A stretch of DNA of 64,000 nucleotides from Octopus vulgaris (taxonomy: Eukaryota). The position numbers and the translations under genes were made by a program. The notes under the pieces were generated by a model, which was given only the letters and a program-made list of their open reading frames with translations, had not been told where the DNA came from and ran no database searches. Each line of letters opens with the position of its first letter. Position 1 is the stretch's first letter. The DNA lies in contig OX597814.1 in the NCBI GenBank assembly GCA_951406725.2, positions 123,070,001 to 123,134,000 of the forward strand, read 5' to 3'. Positions 40,200 to 53,770 of the stretch are shown here, piece by piece.

Positions 40200-40430
40200 C
40201 CAGTTCGACAAAAGAAATCTGTCCATGTGCTTGCAATTGCTGAAAATTTCGGATCTGTTATTAAGTAGTGCGATAGAATTCTTGGATTTCAAACGAATAT
40301 GCGATGTTTCAGTTTCTCATAAGTTGCAACACTTAGATCCATTTACATATGTCGTAGATTTCTTCACGATACTCCAATTTAACAGACATTATTCAAACCA
40401 TCAATTTCCTTTCCAGCACTTCGACGAAAG
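40200..40430 (-). pseudogene. Decayed Penelope-like GIY-YIG endonuclease C-terminus
   Basis: NWSIVKKSTTYVNGSKCCNL*ETE..LLNNRSEIFSNCKHMDRFLL. Confidence 0.8.
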
Positions 40431-40491
40431 TAAAACAATATGCATTGAAGTAAAAGATAAGATTTAGAAATAAATACATACATACATACAC

Positions 40492-40569
<78 letters not shown>

Positions 40570-40573
<4 letters not shown>

Positions 40574-40830
40574 AGGTATTCCACTGAATTTTAGGTAAAT
40601 AATCCTTCGAACAGATGGTCAGTAACGACGCCTGCTGGGTTCGGCTACTCTACATTGATAAGGGGCAAATACCCTGAAACTAGTCTGTAGATGCCAGATC
40701 AGCAAGGGGATGCGGCTGACTTCCCCTGTTCAAAGGTTATAATGGACACAGGTTCGTGTGCCTCCTGGAGCTAATCAACGGCAGCATTCGTCCTATTTTG
40801 GGGGACTGCCATGTTAGCTTTGCGATAACT
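40570..40830 (+). mobile_element. PLE-like terminal fragment between two (TA)n tracts, with hammerhead fold
   Basis: 40650..40690: CTACA-TTGATAA-GGGG CAAATA CCCT-GAAAC TA GTC-TGTAG. Confidence 0.6.
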
Positions 40831-41242
40831 ATATATACATGTATATATATATATATATATAAAAGATGGTTAGAAATAGTGAAATGCTGACGAAATGCAA
40901 GGAATATCATTGACGTTGGAACCTGTATTACGCCAGAGTATCAATAGAAAACTCTGTGGAAACGGCAGAAGCTGTAGAAGCCGAAAGGTAAACATCAGAA
41001 TGACGAGATCAGATGGAAGCAATTACATGTCAGATTGGTAGTTCTCAAGAAAATCGATATATAAATCAATAAATTACTATTTACATGTATGGCCATGTAA
41101 AATCTAAATATGTGACTACGCGTGTGCATATGTGTGTGAGTAAATATGTACATATCTGTGTGTGTGTGTGTGTACCCGTATATGTGGCTCTATATTTCTA
41201 TATAGTGTATGTATATGTATATATATATGTGTGTATCTGTAT

Positions 41243-41283
<41 letters not shown>

Positions 41284-41590
41284 TCTATGTCTGCGTGTGT
41301 CTCTGTACACCTGTGTATGTCTATTTCCATATGATTATATACGTTTACTGTTCACATGTGCGTATATGTGTTTCTACGATATATACGAATGCGGGCTGCG
41401 TGCGCGTGTGTTTCCTAATTATGGTAGAAGACCGTCTTCTAATTATGTTGGAAGACTGAAAAATTTGACAAAAAATGTAGAAACAGAATGTTGCTACAGT
41501 AAAACGAAAATAGTGTGTATAATCTGCGTAATCAGTGTGTGAGCTAGTGTCTATATTTAAAGCGTGTATAAAGCCTTATATAGGGACTGG

Positions 41591-41624
<34 letters not shown>

Positions 41625-42070
41625 TGTATGTATGTATGTATGTATGTATGTATGTATGTATGTGTGTGTGTGTATGTATGTATATATGTATATATTTATA
41701 TACAAACAGGAAGAGAAAGAAAGAGAGGGAGGGAGATAGACAGAAAGTTAGACAGGCAGATAGATAGATAGACAGACAGACAGACAGGTGAAAGATACAT
41801 ATATATGCTATTATAAACATATATACATGCATGTACAGATATGTGTGTGTGTGTGTGTGTGTGTGCATATCTGTATGTTTTTGTGTTATGCACACATATA
41901 CACACTTATTTGTGTATATGTTCATGTATATGCGTACAAATATGAACGTATACGTGTGAATGCGTACTCATTCCATATCCTCGCGTTGTAGTTTTTTCTT
42001 GCTTATTCATGTTTTGGATTGACTATATATATATACATATATTCATATATATACATATATATACATATAC

Positions 42071-42109
<39 letters not shown>

Positions 42110-42177
42110 CATACATAGATACATACATACGTACATACATACATTAATATACATATATGTGTATATATATATGCATG

Positions 42178-42214
<37 letters not shown>

Positions 42215-44180
42215 TTATACATGTATGTATGTATGTATCTATCTATGTATGTATGTATGTATGTATGTATGAGTCATGCATATATGATGTTCCTCGTCGG
42301 TGTATTAATATCTATTTTTACCAGCAGCCTACACAGTTGCTAAATTTAAAAAATAGATATTAAAAATGCTGCCTTGTTCTTTTCGCCAATATCTGCGCAA
42401 TCATTCACCCTTTAAATCGTAAGAAGGCCTTACAAATATTTATTGCGTCCTAGATAGATCATTTTAATATGTAGCTCATAGTTTTTAGATTATGTTCTCT
42501 CATTCATAATTTTGTTTCATGCTAGTATCTATATATACTGTTGCTGCTACATCAATAATGATATATATATATGATATATATCGCTTGTATATATATTCTT
42601 CAGTGCTTTTTCACTTCGTGTTTTTGCATCTTTTTTGTTTTGACTCTATGTTCGTGTTTAGTGCTCATCCGGTATTTAAGAACACCGCAAGCTTTTCGAC
42701 GTTAATGTCGAATAGTGATAACAAACGCTCGACACCGAATGAATGCTCTAAGATGGAGACGAGTACCAATGTCCTATGCGACAAGCTTGATAATTGCTGA
42801 GAAACCTGACAGCATGAAACCAGTGGTTGCTCTGTTTGTCCACAAATAAAGAATGTTCATCCACCAATGCGATTATGAGCACTCATTCTCACTGTTTGAT
42901 ATTAGTGTGTATATGTATGTCTGTCTGTCTGTCTGTGTTTGTAGTATAGCATATATAATACAACAGGATAAGAGGTGATGCAGTACGAACGTTTCAAGCG
43001 ACTTCATTTAATTGAACAATGCAATCATTTCATCAATTTAAATGCAGGGCTATCCTCAGCTTCATAAATAAATATAATTTTTTTAATCAGTTAGACACAT
43101 TAATATAATTTTACTCAAATTCTCTAATAGAGCAAGAAGTGGGAGAAAGTCCATGTTGCTACTAATGTGACTCAGAACATACTACACTTCTAATAACAGT
43201 ATGAAATTTGTTAGGGTCCTAACTTGTAAATGATTGTGGTTCACTGTTAATATACTATTCTTTTTTTATCAACTACAAAATCTAAGGCTAGAGAACAATG
43301 TCTCTTTAGAATGGATAGACAGAGTGAGTTGACAGTTTATAGTTGGGTATGGTCATAAATATTATCAGAATTTAGAAAATGTATAAGTAACTGTCTATAA
43401 AAGAGGCTGGATAGAGGAAGACCCTAAATCAAGATGTTAATTACCAGTTAAAAGGGCAAGACGCTAATAAAACCTATGATGTTAATACAGAGGAAATTAT
43501 CATGGGGTACCATGGATGATTGTATATAAACAATATTATGTTGCATGCAGATAAAATTTAAGATTAGTAAAAATGATATTATAACCAGAACAGATAAACT
43601 GTGTATATATACCAATTTTCAACATTAGAAAGGGAAGATTACATAGAATTAGTTTAATATTCATACCAGTACTTAGTTATTTACTTATAAGGTGGTTTCT
43701 ATAAAGATTGCTCTGGGTATTTACTTGTAGAATACTGGGGCGATAAATCATGTTATATTTATATTAGTTATAAGCTAAGAATCAGAAAAAAATTCCGAAA
43801 AATAAGTTATGCACAGATACATACACATATTCAACTATGTGCACACATTGCAAATATACACAAATATTTGTACTTTATTATGGGTATGTTATAATCAAAT
43901 CTTCTAGACTTAAGTAACTAGAACGTTTATATTTCTCTTTAAGAACATTAATAACTTATAAGAGATAAGAGGTTAACAGCTAAAGATATTAAAATAAGAA
44001 AACACAATAATAATAAATTATAGAGAATAGTAAGAAAATATATATAACTTATTATAAATAAAAAGAGACCGATAGAATAAGTACTAGGCTTACATAGAAT
44101 AAGTCCTAGGGTCTATTTATTCGACTAAAGGTGGTGCTCCAGCATGGCCACAGTCAAATGACAGAAACGAGTAAAATAGA

Positions 44181-44233
<53 letters not shown>

Positions 44234-44527
44234 AGGAGAACCCCTTCGATCATGAATGACCATGGGATTGCACCTAGAAAGTTACCCTCCGAGGCACAAG
44301 TCCGGGCAAGGTTGTTTGTGGAAGGCCAGCAGTCGCCCATGCATACCAGCCTCCTCTCTCCACACCACTGATGTCATCCATGGAAAAGGTAAAGGCCGAT
44401 ACAGTTTGGCACCAGTGGTGTCGCAACTCATTTTTACAGTTGAGTTAATGGAGCAACGTTAAATAAAGTGTCTTGTTCAAGAACACAACACACTGCCCGG
44501 TCCGGGAATCGAACTCACAACCATTTT

Positions 44528-44589
<62 letters not shown>

Positions 44590-44883
44590 TAAATATAAAT
44601 TATAAATTACAAAGTGGGACAAGAACGCAAAAACACACAAGGAGACGACACAAAAAAACAGACGGGACACTCGAAGCCTCTAATCTTCAGTCGGGAACCG
44701 GATCATCTTAGCAATTTCGGCTGTTTAATCTCGATATCGCTCCGATTCGGCCAGCCCCAAAGAAAAACTAAGCCACGGGCATTAGATTTCTTGGAAAGAG
44801 GATCGAATGTTAACATAAATGTTAATATATATATATATATGTATGTACGTACATATACATTAAATATTATATATTATACATAT

Positions 44884-45220
44884 GGCGGTGTGGCAAGAAG
44901 CTTGATTCCCAACTACATGGTTCCGGGTTCAGTCCCACTGCGTGGCACCTTGGGCAAGTGTTTTCTACTGTAGCTTCGGGCCGACCAAAGCCTTGTGAAT
45001 GGATTTGGCAGACGGAAACTGAAAGAAGCCTGTCGTATATGTGTGTGTATGCTTGTGCGCGCGCGTGGGTGTACTCGTCCCCTTCACTGTTCGACAACCG
45101 GTGGTGGTGTGTTACATCTCCGTTACCTAACGGTTCGGCAAAAGAGAACGATAAAATATGTACTAGGCTTAAAAATAATAAGTCCTAGGTCGATTCTTTT
45201 GGCTAAAATCCTTCAAGGGC
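44884..45220 (+). mobile_element. SINE family C
   Basis: Consensus match. Confidence 0.85.
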
Positions 45221-45759
45221 AAATATCATCTTCTATAGCTTGTGTGTGTGTGTGTGAGTGTGTGTGTGTGTGTGTACAGTTTTCGTCCGTCTACAGAGTT
45301 TCACTGGCAAGATTCCGTACAGTGGTATCTTTCGTACAATGGTATCGAACCAGGAGTCATTCGGTTGAAAAGTGATCTTCACAGCCACACCTCTACGCCT
45401 ATTTTGTCTAAGTTTAATTACATTTTTCTTCCTGAGAAGAACAGAAATGTGAATTATCTTTCTTCGATTAGCGTCTTGTTTTCTCACCTGTGATTTTTAC
45501 CTAAGATGCTTTTTTTTCTTGTTCGTTTCTTTCTTCAAATATTCGTGACATCAACTTTACTCACACCATTGGGTTTCTGCATCAAAATCTCGATAGTAAA
45601 TATATGTACTTGTGTATATTTGTGTGTCTGTCTGTCTATCTGTCTCTGTGTGTCTCTGTGTACATATATATATGTTTTTATGTTTTTATGTTCAGTTATA
45701 ATAAAAACAATTTTACATTAATCTGATAGGTTACTCTGTACTTTGTAGAGTACAAGTTT

Positions 45760-45897
45760 ATTATTCTTAAACAAGAATGTTGTTGACAGTGATTTTGAAG
45801 TTTAGGCCAGTTTAGGCCAGTTTAGCCATCGGTGACGATGGGTAAACTGGCCAAAACTTCGAAGTCACTATCAACAACATTCTTGTTTAAGAATAAT
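45760..45897. repeat. Fold-back palindrome, ~65-bp arms, 4-nt loop
   Basis: ATTATTCTTAAACAAGAATGTTGTTGA..CCATCG-GTGA-CGATGG..TCAACAACATTCTTGTTTAAGAATAAT. Confidence 0.9.
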
Positions 45898-45899
45898 AT

Positions 45900-46398
45900 G
45901 CATGTATGTCATTATTCATTTTATTTCAAGATTTCTTAAAATAGAGAAAGAACCGATTTCTAACCTAGATCCAAGCCTCCTTCATTGGAATTTCAACATC
46001 AACAACAGGGTATTTTTGTATGTATGTATGTATGTGCAGATTTGTATGTTTTTTTTTTGTATGTCTTCTCATGCATATAGTTACATATCTAGACATGCTC
46101 ATATATATTTAAATAATAAACTTCTGGAAAGTTTTACAGATTTTTACAGTTCCAGTGATGGATTGGATCTGTAGTCTTCGAATTAGCTTTCTCCTTTCTG
46201 GTTTTGGAAGCCTAATTTCTCAAGATTGGTATTTAAGCAGTATGTTACATATCCCAGTGCCCCAATAATTACAGGTATAAACCTGAACTTGTAATCTGGA
46301 TAGAGTAACTGCGGGTTTCTCAATAGTTCAGCATAGATGTTCTCTTTTTCGCTGATCCTCAGCTTTATGTTAACATCCGCTGGGCAGCTAATTTCCAC
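45900..46398 (-). mobile_element. R4/Dong-like REL-LINE 3' end (family shared with 61425..61760)
   Basis: EISCPADVN..EKENIYAEL..FIPVIIGALG..ICKTFQKF, then a 3'UTR with AATAAA. Confidence 0.85.
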
Positions 46399-48085
46399 AA
46401 AATTTATCCCTCTTTGCTCTGAAATTTATGGTTTTATATACCCAACTCTATATACCAATACCACGGTTCCAAATATCGCTGTCTCTTACTTCTAATACGA
46501 AATTTCTGATACTGAATTCTTAAACTCGTAATTATCTCCTTTTTCAAGCAATTCTATTGTGAAAGATACCTGTCTAAACATCTCTAAACATCAGATGTCT
46601 AAACATCTCAAAACCTTTTACGTTCCGAACAATTTCATAAACATCAATTTCAATCGGCTCCCTTTCTGTCATTTCTAAAGTTCCCTCTTCCTTTCGTTCT
46701 CTTCCTTCCCCACCCCCTCTTCTCTCTCTCACTCGCTCTTTTTCTTTCAGTTACTCTCCCATCCCGTTCTATGAAATTATTCAACCTCTAGAACTGTCTC
46801 TGTTTCTCATCCTCATTCAAAATATTCTCCATCTCAAAGTACCATCTCAACTATCCCCTAAACCCCTCTCTAACCCATTAAACACTGTCAATTCAAAAAA
46901 GTCTCCTATCTCACAAATATCTCAGTCACTCAAAACGCTTTCCCCACCTTCAAACACTTCCCTGCCAACTCATCACCGTCTACAAAAGCTTCGGTAACCA
47001 AACATCAGTTGAATCAATGTTTAGTGTGTTGCAGTGTAAATACGTCGCTCATATCCTAAAGACTATAATTATATCTTACAAACGTCAGTTTTAGAAATAG
47101 GTCCGTCAATTTCTGCAGCAGATTCCTTCTTTCTCTTCTTCTTCTTCTTCTTTTCTATTGAACCAATGTGAAATAACTTTACTGTTAACGCCACAATAAT
47201 CATCTTTTGTTTATTCTTGTGTTAACGTTAATAGCTTCCATAGAAAAATTGCTGCCAAATTAAAAACCAACAAATAGGAGGGAAATCTCTATTAAATGTT
47301 GAAGTAGCGAGTCATTTGAGAAAATGAAGCCATTTTGATTTCCGTTTTTAATTACAATAGTTTAATTTGAAGAAGAATTCCCACTGGAACTGGCAGGATT
47401 CGAAATAGAAGCAGTCACGACATAATTATAGTTTCTAACGACTATCTAATCGATTAATACTAAAGGGACTCTTGCTTTTTCAGCTTTTGGAGTACTTTGT
47501 GGAATAGGGGCTAATAGAAAAGCAGAGTTTAAAATGTTTCTCGTTGCGTGTATGTGACACAAAAAGTGTTATGAGAGCCTGGTGAAATCAGAAAACTTTA
47601 GTTAAAAGTAAGTTACTGTCAGTTAACATTAACCGACATACTGTGGTATGTATTTAAATAGCTGTCAGAATGTTCAGTTTACTTGTAAAACCTTTAATTT
47701 ATGTACTGTGTAATCACCACCTTCTGTGTAATGTACACAGGGGATAAATAGATAAAAGCTAGCCTTCACAGATGTTACGTCAACAATCCCAAAAGCAGTA
47801 CATTGGGATGAATTAGTGTTGTTCATATAATCTGAAAGTTCTCGTTGGTAGTTATATAACGATTCAAACGGGTTTCTAGAATATTATAATTTGAATGGCT
47901 GTTTATGTAGTTACCAAATTCAAATCGCAATCCCATGGTTCCTGGATTTCACTACACAGTACTATAGACAAATGTACGTTACTATAGTATCGTGTTTTTC
48001 AGTAGCATGTGGGTATAATTTTCGTGGACAATTGTGCGTACCACACTCACACTACACATACATACACAGCTAAAATAATAGATAT

Positions 48086-49455
48086 GTTTCTTTATTAGCC
48101 ACACAGGGCTGCACACAGATAGAACAAATTACAAGGTAGAGCTTTTCTTTTGGGGGTAAAAAAAGGAGAGTGGTGGTTTTCGATCAAAAGGGATCGTAAA
48201 AGGAAAGAAAAAGGACAAAAAAAAGGGGAGGGGTTAAAAAGGGGGGATGAATAATAGGGATCGTTATCACAGAAATGTCAATATGAAGTGTAAAGGGGAG
48301 GACAGGTGAGGTTTACCCGTGGAAAGAAAAGCCTACGGAAAAGACCACGGTAACCTCGGTCAATGAAGTCACATGTTATATTTCTTTTTTTTTTTTTTTG
48401 CAAATAAGCAACTCTCTGTATTAATTTTTATGGTTCATAGAATCATAGTCAAGGTGGCTTCGTCATTCATACGTGCCATCCTTGCTACATTCACCCATCT
48501 TTTTTTAAAACATTCACTAGACAAAACTTGCCTCTCTACTCTCACTTTCCTCTTCAAGTGATACTTGAAGAAGTTGATGAGAGATTGACCAGAGAGGAAA
48601 GTGTTTGTCTCTAATCCTTTCAGGCGCGTCCACCAGATACATTCTTTCGCCATAGCCACAAGTATGATAAAAATAGCTCTTCCTTCCCGTTTGAAGGAAG
48701 GAGGCGTGACGATATTAACGATAGACTCGGCTGATAAACCGACACGTCCCACACGTGACAGCAGTCGTTCGACATAAGCCCACAGGTCGGAAATTGCTGG
48801 ACACTGCACGATTGCGTGCAGAGCGGTTTCGTCGCTCTGCCCGCATCTCGGGCAGGTCGGCTCCGTGTTTCTCGAGCCATGCCTATAGAGCTTATCCCGA
48901 ACGGGTAGCGCTTCTCGGTAGCACCGCCAGGCCAGGGATCTCTGGAAGTTGTCCATAGGTCCCGGGCCGAAAGTCGTTTGAAACAGGCGGGTCAGGTATT
49001 CCTCGTCGACGCCCAGGTGTGCCCCGAGCTCGTCGTCGTACCTTCCCTCCACTAATCCCCTATAGAATGCTTTGGTTGTGTTGAAGTCACTCAAGGTCGA
49101 CCCGGGACGGCAGAGTTGCTTGAGAGCAACGCGACACTCGCGGTGCCAATTGCCCTTCCTCGGCCTCTTTTTGATCCACGACTGTAGTTCGGTCATGGAG
49201 ACGAGTTGCGGGAATGCGTGCCTCACAAACGGCGACCACACCTGTTCACCGTCGTCTACATAGAGCCGGAGATGTCGCAGTCTCAGCGCGTGTCTGCGCA
49301 TCATCAACCACGGCATGCCCAGCCCTCCTTTTAACGGGTGTTGACAGCAAATGGATCGCCTGACCATCGGGACGCATCCTTTCCACAAGAAGCGGAAGAG
49401 GATGCGTTCTAGTTTGGTGATGGTAGGGTCGGGACAAGGTACGACGGTCAGGCGG
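48086..49455 (-). mobile_element. 5'-truncated Tx1/L1-clade LINE, copy 3
   Basis: Same 3'UTR as copy 1; the 5' junction runs directly into (GATA)n. Confidence 0.92.

Positions 49456-49457
<2 letters not shown>
48435..49457 (-). pseudogene. Uninterrupted C-terminal ~340 codons of Tx1-clade ORF2 (RT thumb region + CCHC zinc finger)
   Basis: [42 protein letters not shown]; no genuine start because of the 5' truncation. Confidence 0.88.
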
Positions 49458-49503
<46 letters not shown>

Positions 49504-49537
49504 CAGACAGACGGACGGACGGACGGACGGACGGAAG

Positions 49538-49663
<126 letters not shown>

Positions 49664-49769
49664 AAAGAGGAGGAGACGGGTGTTTTTGTCAAAATTATTT
49701 TGCTTTATGTATCACGGAGAAAATTCGAAGTTTTTTTTGTTTTGTAATTAATTTATTTCAAAATACATT

Positions 49770-50260
49770 ATTACATACCGGTTTCACTTCTAACGAAGAA
49801 TAATTATTGCAGTGTTATGTATAATGACTTGCTCTTTGCCTTCAGTTGAGATATACTACGGTGTATCAACCTGAAGTAGACTTGTATACACACAATATAG
49901 TGTGTCTATATTCTACTGCACTACTGCATTATACCTAGTGCACTTGGTATCTAGAGAGGTAACTATGTTCGTTAGCAACCGAAATTTATTATAATCCCAA
50001 TAAGCAGCAAAGTGGGTGACAGTATATACCTTGAATATTTAAAAAGTAGGAAGACCAATCTATTTTCGTGAACGTTGATAATTAAATTAAAACTTGCTCA
50101 ACATTTTTCGAATAGAAATGTTTCTTTGTTAATTCTTTCTTGTCCTGTTGTATTTTCAGTTCGTTGATGTAATGGGAATAGTTCAAAAATCTTCTGTCGA
50201 GTTCCAGCACATCCATCTAAATGTTCGTTGAGTGGATTTTCTCTAATGTTAATCCCTTTT
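49770..50260 (-). mobile_element. Penelope-like 3' end: GIY-YIG C-terminus (50085..50260) plus downstream hammerhead-like fold
   Basis: NPLNEHLDGCAG..IFELFPLHQ..ERINKETFLF; hammerhead-like motif at 49772..49812. Confidence 0.7.
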
Positions 50261-50466
50261 CTAAGTGCGTTTATGACGAGGTTATTTCCGTGTATGCTAA
50301 ATGAATGCTAATGGCTAACCATTATACATGGACAATACAATGCAATGATCAATTCAAGTGAAACCGTTATGTAATAATGTCTCTCGGAATTTTATAATTT
50401 TGATAATTGCATTTTTTATTTTTTTATATATTTATGTGCATATATATATATATATATATACACATT

Positions 50467-50875
50467 GGCGTTGGAGTGGTTGTGTGGTTAGTAGCTTGCT
50501 TACGAACCATATGGTTCCGGGTTTAGTCTCACTGCGTGGCACCTCGAGTAAGTGTCTTCTTCTATAGCCTCGGGCCAACCAAGGCCTTGTGGGTGGATTT
50601 GGTAGACGGAAACTGAAAGAAGCCCGTCGTATATATGTATATATATATAGATAGATATGTATGTATATGTATATGTTTGTGTGTCTGTGTTTGTCCCCCC
50701 AACATCGCTTGACAACCGATACTGGTGTGTTTACGTCCTCCGTAACTTAGCTGTTCGGCAAAATAGACCGATAGAATAAGTACTAGGCTTACAAAGAATA
50801 AGTCCTGGGGTCGATTTGCTCGACTAAAGGCGGTGCTCCAGTATGGCCGCAGTCAAATGACTGAAACAAGTAAAA
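50467..50875 (+). mobile_element. SINE family C, full length
   Basis: Consensus-like copy followed by (TA)n. Confidence 0.9.
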
Positions 50876-50878
50876 ACA

Positions 50879-50937
<59 letters not shown>

Positions 50938-50939
50938 AA

Positions 50940-51700
50940 ATATGGGGGTTTAGTTCAAAGGTGATCTAAGTGACTAGGTACGCTAGGTAAGTGCTGTAAC
51001 GGATTACTAGGGCTCCAAGGTTGTAGCCGAGACGGTAGTTATGGAGCCATTGCAGATTTCCGATGCAGCGGATATATGATTGTTAAAGAAGACAACAAAC
51101 TTTAAGGCAAGGCAAACATCTCAAGTCATATACATTATTATTATTGGGAAAAAATTCAATGTCTTACAGCTGTTTCTGGGATATCCCAGAGTATGGGATA
51201 TTCCCTCATCGGAGACAAATAGGGAAAATTAAAAGAGTATAGATTAATGAAATAACGATAGAGAGGGCAGGAGTAAAGGAATGAGATGAAGAAAGAGAAG
51301 AAAAAAGAATAGGAGTCAAAACAACTCTTAGCCACGAGAAAGCACTTATCTTATGACTGACAAGGAATTCGTTTGTAAATTACGAATAAGCCACTTTTAT
51401 TATTTTTAATTTTCACTTTTACTGTTCATGAAATCAGCATAGGGTTTCTATGGTAAACCTTATAAACTCACAAAGCAAGCCAGCTTAATCCTAGGCAGCT
51501 GAGTAAGAGCCACTGATGAGCATTAATATAAATGCAAAATCACTAGTGGTCTAGTTATGCCCTGGATGCTGTAGGGCGCTTGATTCCCTTGTCAGTCATA
51601 AGATAAGTGGTTTGTTGTGGCAAAGAGTTGTTTTGGCTCTTATTTCTAGCAATACTGGCGCTTACTGGTACCCTTAGTCACTTTAGTGACGTCTATAGCT
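50940..51700. mobile_element. PLE-like composite with two hammerhead folds and ~55-bp inverted repeats
   Basis: Minus 51160..51217: TGTCT-CCGATGA-stem-GAAACAGCTGTA-AGACA. Plus 51510..51553: CTGATGA-GCATT..AATGC-AAAATCACTAGTGGTC. Inverted arms at 51306..51365 and 51586..51646. Confidence 0.65.
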
Positions 51701-52020
51701 CTGCCTTTCGGTTGTATATTGTATAAGCCACCTTTATTATTTGTATATGTGTGTGTGAGTGTGTATGTGTGTGTGAGTGTGTATGTGTGTGTGTGTATCT
51801 TTATTTGTCCCACCACTGTGCTTGACAACCAATGTCAGTTTGTTAATGTCCCCGTAACTTAACGGTTTGGCAATAAGAGACCGACAGAGTAAACACTGGA
51901 GCCAATTTATTCGACTAAGGATTCTTCAAGATGGTACCCCAGCATGGCCACAGTCTAATCACTGGGACATGTAAAAGATGAAAGAAATAAATATAGAGCA
52001 GGTTACTTGATTTGTGTTTG

Positions 52021-52528
52021 CAGTACTCCCTCGCTATATCGCGGTTCACCTATCGCGGTTCAATTATTGTGTTTCACATATCGAGTATTATTATTTAAGT
52101 TTACGTCGATTCCTCCGTAGTGTTGTTTTGCATTTATAATAAAATAAATATATACAAATTATAAAAATAATTTTTTAAAATATACAGTACTGCACTGTTT
52201 CTTATTTCTTTATTGCCCACAAGGAGCTAAACATAGAGGGGACAAACAAGAACAAACAAAGGGATTAAGTCGATTACATCGACCCCAGTGCGTAACTGGT
52301 ACTAAATTTATCGACCCCGAAAGGATGAAAGGCAAAGTCGACCTCGGCGGAATTTGAACTAAGAACGCAACGGCAGACGAAATACCGCTAAGCATTTCGC
52401 CCGGCGTGCTAACGTTTCTGCCAGCTCGCCGCCTTTATACAGTACAGCACACTGTTTCTACTTCGCGGATTTTCACCTCACGCGCCGGGTTTTGGAACGT
52501 AGCACCCGCGATAGTCGAGGCATTACCG
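52021..52528. mobile_element. pogo/Tigger-like MITE with a nested family N SINE (52202..52434)
   Basis: TIRs CAGTACTCCCTCGCTATATCGCGG / CCGCGATAGTCGAGGCATTACCG-TA; the SINE is flanked by a ~20-bp imperfect duplication TATACAGTAC..CACTGTTTC. Confidence 0.75.
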
Positions 52529-53574
52529 TAGTTTGAATTGTTAAAAGATGTGATGTGAACAGGGAATTTTAAGTCGTTTTAAGTGGGCGAAAAGTTTGGG
52601 CAAAGTATAGAGAGAAAATAATAAAGAAAAAAGATGAAGATAGATCGCTATTGTGAAGATTCATAAGTAAGTGAAATATCGAACAGGAAAATCTAAAGGA
52701 CTTTTCACTCGTATATTTTGTGTTCCACTATCATTTTTATATATTTATGGACTACATCTTTATATTACGTCAGTTTTCGCTAAAGATCTCTGCCTGAATC
52801 TCAAAGTTTTCTTCTCCTCACAGCATATTACCATATTTCATATTTTACTTTCAGCTGAATTAACTCTGGCTGACGAAAACCTCTTCAAATTCAAGTGAAT
52901 ATATTTGAAATTCAAATCTTGTAATAATGGTGAAATGAGACAGAGGGTAGAATTCATCTTGACAAAGGACCAGATATCTCAGTTATTTTTAACTAGTTTC
53001 TTCCTATTTTTGTTTGGATCATTATTGTATTGATATTTTCTTCTTGTAATCCAATTACCATATTTATTGAATATTTATTATCCAAGTCTTCTAGCTATAT
53101 TATTGTTCAGATTTTGTTATGCAATCTTCTAGCAGACACATTGTCCTCTTGCTATCGTTTAAAATATCGCAACAGGAATGGTTAGGTTTATTACTGCCTC
53201 TGGCTACTACAAATATTAACTTTACAGCCAGGTTTAAATATGCGCGTACTCAGAGTTATTTCGTGACAGCTACTAAGGTGAGACCAGTTTTAGCAATGGG
53301 GGCAGAATCTGGAGTGCTTATGTAGATGCTGGGGTATCCAAACGAATGTCAGGAGATGTCGATATGTTCTTTTATTTTACTTGTTTCAGTCTTTTGACCG
53401 CGGCCATGCTGTAGCACCGCCTTGAAGGGTTTCAGACGAACAAATCGACCCCGAGACTTATGTTTTAAAGCTTATTTTATCGGTCTCTTCGCCGAACCGC
53501 AAACAGATTAACACCGGTTGTCAAGCGGTGATGGGGAGATAAACAGAGATAAACAAAGGCACGCAAACGTATAG

Positions 53575-53650
<76 letters not shown>

Positions 53651-53651
53651 T

Positions 53652-53683
<32 letters not shown>

Positions 53684-53729
53684 TATGTATATGTATATGT
53701 ATATATATATATATGTGTGTGTGTATATA

Positions 53730-53770
<41 letters not shown>

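Noticed and set aside
40165-40467. 100-aa plus-strand ORF, and the 66-aa minus-strand ORF at 38047..38247
   Set aside because: Antisense shadows of decayed Penelope GIY-YIG sequence on the other strand.
47320-47400. Promoter-like YY1/ETS motifs (GCCATTTT, TTTCCG)
   Set aside because: Short motifs expected by chance; no downstream exon evidence.
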